Assembly (NCBI GenBank): GCA_964485495.1
Contig: CAZAKE010000004.1
Span: forward strand, 4,190-68,189
Source: an uncultured Spirochaetales bacterium
GTDB taxonomy: Bacteria; Spirochaetota; Spirochaetia; CAZAKE01
Length of the DNA stretch: 64,000 nt
Direction: 5' to 3'
Shown here: positions 60,910 to 64,000 of the stretch, one piece after another
Numbering within the stretch: position 1 is the stretch's first letter
How the letters are laid out: each line of letters begins with the position of its first letter
The notes under the pieces: generated by a model
Told to the model about the DNA's origin: nothing
Seen by the model: only the letters and a program-made list of their open reading frames with translations
The model's database searches: none
Translations under genes and position numbers: made by a program

Positions 60910-60944
60910 GAGTACCCTTCCGTCAGGGGGGGTACTCTTTTTTT
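60910..60944 (+). terminator. Rho-independent terminator after the cfpA-like gene
   Basis: Stem GAGTACCC (60910-60917) pairs with GGGTACTC (60930-60937) around an 11-12-nt loop, followed by T7 (60938-60944). Confidence 0.6.
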
Positions 60945-60962
60945 AAATAAGGATGGGACGAG

Positions 60963-61988
60963 ATGAGTAATACAAGCTATGAGTTCGAGGGATTCGCCAC
61001 GAGAGAGAGTTTCAACAAGTCGCTGCAACATTTTCGCGCTGTCTCGGGTATTGTCGCTGATTTCGAAGACGGTCATAACTTGGCGGATATCCTCACGGAA
61101 CTACTCGTCGACAAGGAACTCGAGCAGAATCAGATCCCACCGATTATTAATGCGCTGCTCGTAGATAAATATCACTATCATTACGAATCCATGAACCTCA
61201 CGGAAACAGTAGAAGATTTTTCGTTTCATGAGGAGATACGATCCTGGGACGGTGTCGACCTCGTCCTGGCATACGCCCATCCGGAGTTAGGATATACGGT
61301 TATAAATCCGAAAAATTCAGCTCACTGGGAATCTATTCACGGACTCAAGAAAAACGAGTTGCTTATTATCTTTGCCGGTGCATTCACGGAAACCGGCAAG
61401 GCAAAGCTGTACAACAAAGCCATTGCGGCGATTCGGAGCCTTTTCGAAGGGAAGAAACCGAAATCTATCGATGACCTACTGAAGGGTAATTGTGCATTTC
61501 AACCCTATGCCGACGAAAGCGAGCCGGAGGAAGACGAGCACGTCGAAGAGTCGACGAGTTACCGGCCGGCTTCGGCGGCAGATTCGGGCTCTGAGAAGAA
61601 CACTATTGAGGAGACGGCCCCACCGAAGGCTGTCGAGAAAGAGAGCGGTTCGGCACGAAAGCGGATGACACCGCTATATTCGGTTCCGGTAACGAATGAG
61701 CTGTTTCATAACGGAAACGTCGAAGCGTGGAAGAAGATCATCGCCAGCTATACGAACAAATATCCCGGATTGGAAGTCTACGTTTTCTATGACGGCGAAC
61801 GAATACATGATATCAATTCTCTGTTCAAGTGGGGGAAGGTAAAACACGGTAGCTCGATCCTGTTCGCAGTTGCGGGTGAAAACATCAAAGACGTCGCGAA
61901 GTTGCAGCGGTATCTACGACAAGGGGCGAGTCCGAAGTTCGAAGATTTCCTCAGATTCCCAGTCAATAAGATATTGGCATTGTTTTAG
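60963..61988 (+). CDS. Hypothetical protein between cfpA and the PPDK-like gene
   Basis: The 341-residue product has an acidic/Ser-rich central linker and no motif I recognise. Its position corresponds to the unknown gene between cfpA and ppdK in T. pallidum. Confidence 0.5.
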   Translation: MSNTSYEFEGFATRESFNKSLQHFRAVSGIVADFEDGHNLADILTELLVDKELEQNQIPPIINALLVDKYHYHYESMNLTETVEDFSFHEEIRSWDGVDLVLAYAHPELGYTVINPKNSAHWESIHGLKKNELLIIFAGAFTETGKAKLYNKAIAAIRSLFEGKKPKSIDDLLKGNCAFQPYADESEPEEDEHVEESTSYRPASAADSGSEKNTIEETAPPKAVEKESGSARKRMTPLYSVPVTNELFHNGNVEAWKKIIASYTNKYPGLEVYVFYDGERIHDINSLFKWGKVKHGSSILFAVAGENIKDVAKLQRYLRQGASPKFEDFLRFPVNKILALF

Positions 61989-62038
61989 ATGCATGGGTTT
62001 ACGTTTCGACTCGGTTAAACACGATAAAGGATAGGGAA

Positions 62039-64000
62039 ATGGATAAAAACATACACTTTTTCAGTTCAAAAGAAAGTTCCGTTGATTCCGAAAAAATGGA
62101 AACGTTCGGTCTGCGAGGCAAGCAGGCGATGGAATTCGCGGATTTAAAGCTTCCCATTCTCCCGGGTTTCATCATCGATTCTGCCGTGGCCGCGCACTTA
62201 GAAGATATCTCTCTCAGAAAGTATCTTGAGAAATACTTACAGAAGTGTTCCGAGATAACCGGGAAGAACTACGACGACGAAGAAAATCCGCTGCTGTTGA
62301 AGATCGTCATAAGCCCCAACCTAGCAATCGTACATTATCCGACACTCCACAACTTCGGCTTAACCGAGAAAACAATTACAGGCTTCAACTCATTCGTAGG
62401 TAAGGACTTCGGTTATCATGAAGTGCTCTTTCTGATACATGGGTATCTCGAGATAGAGATGAAAATCGCTGAAATTGAGGGTAAGGTAGATTATGTCGAC
62501 CAGATAGAGAAGATACTCGGTGACTTGAATAAAGACATGGAGGGAATCGAGCAGGACGGCGATCACGATAAATTATTGAAACACTATCTGAATCACGTGC
62601 CGGCTGAGTTTTTTACCGATGCATACTCTCAATTGGAGCTGACGCTGAAACGCATTAGCTACATGCTGGATATCGACGAATTAGACGATGATGACGCCGC
62701 TCTCATCGTTCAGCCTATGGTGTATGGAAATTATGGAAAGGACAGCGCCAGCGGAAGCTTCTTTACACGGAATATCGTAACAGGAGATCGGAAACTGGAG
62801 GGATGGTTCAACAGGAATAAGTTCAACACCATAGATGCGGTGGGACAAGACATCAACAAGATAGGTAAGACGACGCTACAGGAGCTGGAGAAGATTGCTC
62901 GAACCGTCGAAGATCACTTCAAGGAGATCAGGTCGATCCGGTTCAACATAGAAAATAAAACGGTATGGTTGATAGATCAGCGACCGGTGATGACAAAGTC
63001 CACACAGGCCGATATAAAGACGATCCTTGATTTACACGACCGCAAGGTCGTAGACGATTCCTACGCCATAAATTCAGTCAAGCCCATTCAACTGAATGAA
63101 ATTCTCCATCCGATCGTGAATCTCAGCTCTGTGAAGGATCTCGTAACCGTTACCGGAGGCATCGCCGGTGCACCGGGAGCCACAATCGGCAGAATATTCT
63201 TCGGCACGGAAAAGCTACTCGACGCGTATAAGACAGCCCAACAGCAGGGAGAAGACACACGGATGATCCTGTGTATGGATGCAACCTTTGCGGAGGATGT
63301 TAAGGCGATCGAAGTTGCTTCCGGCGTGTTGTCTTCCGAGGGGGGATATTCGGCCCACGCGTCTGTCGTAGCTCGACAGTACGGCAAGGTTTCGTTGGTG
63401 TACAACGATCTAAAAATAGAGAAAACCAAGGCCACCATCGGTAGAGTCGTATTCAAGGAGGGAGACTATATCACGCTCAACGTCCCTCACTACGGCGAAC
63501 CGCAGATCTATAAGGGAAAAGCCGAATTGATCGAGCCGGATCCGTCCACCTCCGGCCTGATCGAATTCATAGAAATCGTGAAGAAGTACGTAACCGAAGA
63601 TTTTCATGTGCGGGTGAATGCGGATACTCCGCGGGACGCCGAGTTGGCATTTAAATTTGGCGCCGAAGGAATCGGATTGTGTCGAACCGAGCACATGTTC
63701 TTCGCCGAAGAACGTATAAATGTATTCAGAGAACTGATCATCTCAGATTCCGGCGAAGACCGAGCATCTGCACTCAAGAAATTGAAAAAGATGCAATTGT
63801 CGGACTTTTATACACTATTCAAGATAATGTCGGGTAAAGAGGTCACCATCCGGTTGCTTGACGCGCCCTTGCATGAATTTTTACCCCATAACGACACAGA
63901 GATGAAAGGTTTCATGGAGTATCTCAAGGGCGCGGGAAAGAAGATAACCAGACCGAAGGTACAGGAGATTTGCGATTCTCTACACGAGTTCAATCCAATG
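62039..64000 (+). CDS. ppdK: Pyruvate phosphate dikinase-like PEP-utilising enzyme; partial, with the C-terminal end running off the right edge of the window
   Basis: The ATG at 62039 has a GGATAGGG RBS. The protein has no stop inside the window, which is why it is absent from the ORF track. It has a nucleotide-binding-region analogue (GLRGKQAMEFADLKLPILPGFIIDSAV, cf. GGKGANLAEM..GLPVPPGFTIT), the phospho-His domain (GGYSAHASVVARQYGKVSLV), and GLCRTEHMFF. The N-terminal region is divergent from canonical PPDK. Confidence 0.75.
   Translation, partial: MDKNIHFFSSKESSVDSEKMETFGLRGKQAMEFADLKLPILPGFIIDSAVAAHLEDISLRKYLEKYLQKCSEITGKNYDDEENPLLLKIVISPNLAIVHYPTLHNFGLTEKTITGFNSFVGKDFGYHEVLFLIHGYLEIEMKIAEIEGKVDYVDQIEKILGDLNKDMEGIEQDGDHDKLLKHYLNHVPAEFFTDAYSQLELTLKRISYMLDIDELDDDDAALIVQPMVYGNYGKDSASGSFFTRNIVTGDRKLEGWFNRNKFNTIDAVGQDINKIGKTTLQELEKIARTVEDHFKEIRSIRFNIENKTVWLIDQRPVMTKSTQADIKTILDLHDRKVVDDSYAINSVKPIQLNEILHPIVNLSSVKDLVTVTGGIAGAPGATIGRIFFGTEKLLDAYKTAQQQGEDTRMILCMDATFAEDVKAIEVASGVLSSEGGYSAHASVVARQYGKVSLVYNDLKIEKTKATIGRVVFKEGDYITLNVPHYGEPQIYKGKAELIEPDPSTSGLIEFIEIVKKYVTEDFHVRVNADTPRDAELAFKFGAEGIGLCRTEHMFFAEERINVFRELIISDSGEDRASALKKLKKMQLSDFYTLFKIMSGKEVTIRLLDAPLHEFLPHNDTEMKGFMEYLKGAGKKITRPKVQEICDSLHEFNPM

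Noticed and set aside
1-64000. Search for CRISPR arrays, transposases, integrases, phage genes, toxin-antitoxin or restriction-modification genes
   Set aside because: I found no direct-repeat/spacer arrays, no ORFs with DDE/tyrosine recombinase/terminase signatures, and no obvious defence-system genes. The window reads as conserved core chromosome.
1-64000. Possibility that the window is Treponema pallidum itself
   Set aside because: Individual gene orders match T. pallidum, but these blocks are not contiguous in that genome as I recall it, and several genes (the giant CHB_HEX_C protein, the PurH-N domain ORF) are not ones I associate with it. It is more likely a related GC-rich treponeme.

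Overview
This window is a gene-dense stretch of about 64 kb from a chromosome, almost all coding, with no rRNA, tRNA, CRISPR array, transposase, integrase or phage genes that I can see. The gene content and local gene order point to a Treponema-like spirochaete. The matching blocks, as I recall them from Treponema pallidum, are a V-type ATPase operon (E-hyp-A-B-D-I-K), uvrA followed by an LptD/OstA-like outer-membrane protein, a pentapeptide-repeat protein next to murI, pgk-tpiA-secG, and a cfpA-like filament gene, an unknown gene and a pyruvate phosphate dikinase-like gene. These blocks are not contiguous in T. pallidum, so this is a related organism rather than T. pallidum itself. Most genes are on the + strand and many adjacent genes have overlapping start and stop codons, which suggests long operons. 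Named genes include pdxS (partial), yggS, rluD-like, murI, rsgA, mutS2, ispG, uvrA, the phoH/7TM-HD/ybeY/corC cluster, nusB, map, htrA, a gpt-like phosphoribosyltransferase, miaB-like and nrnA-like. I found no clear defence or mobile island. The observations most worth a second look are: (1) the cfpA-like locus, which has an AT-hook-like basic C-terminal tail, a strong promoter, a terminator, a lower GC content than the rest of the window, and sits divergent to a vWA membrane protein; (2) a stand-alone PurH-type IMP cyclohydrolase domain gene overlapping miaB; (3) a 2133-residue surface protein built from many chitobiase/hexosaminidase C-terminal-like modules plus a beta-helix domain, with an in-frame 9-bp tandem repeat; (4) homopolymeric G tracts inside coding sequences; (5) an 11-bp tandem direct repeat upstream of htrA; and (6) several uncharacterised small ORFs inside the V-ATPase operon. 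All functional calls come from reading the translated ORFs and motifs by eye; no searches were run.
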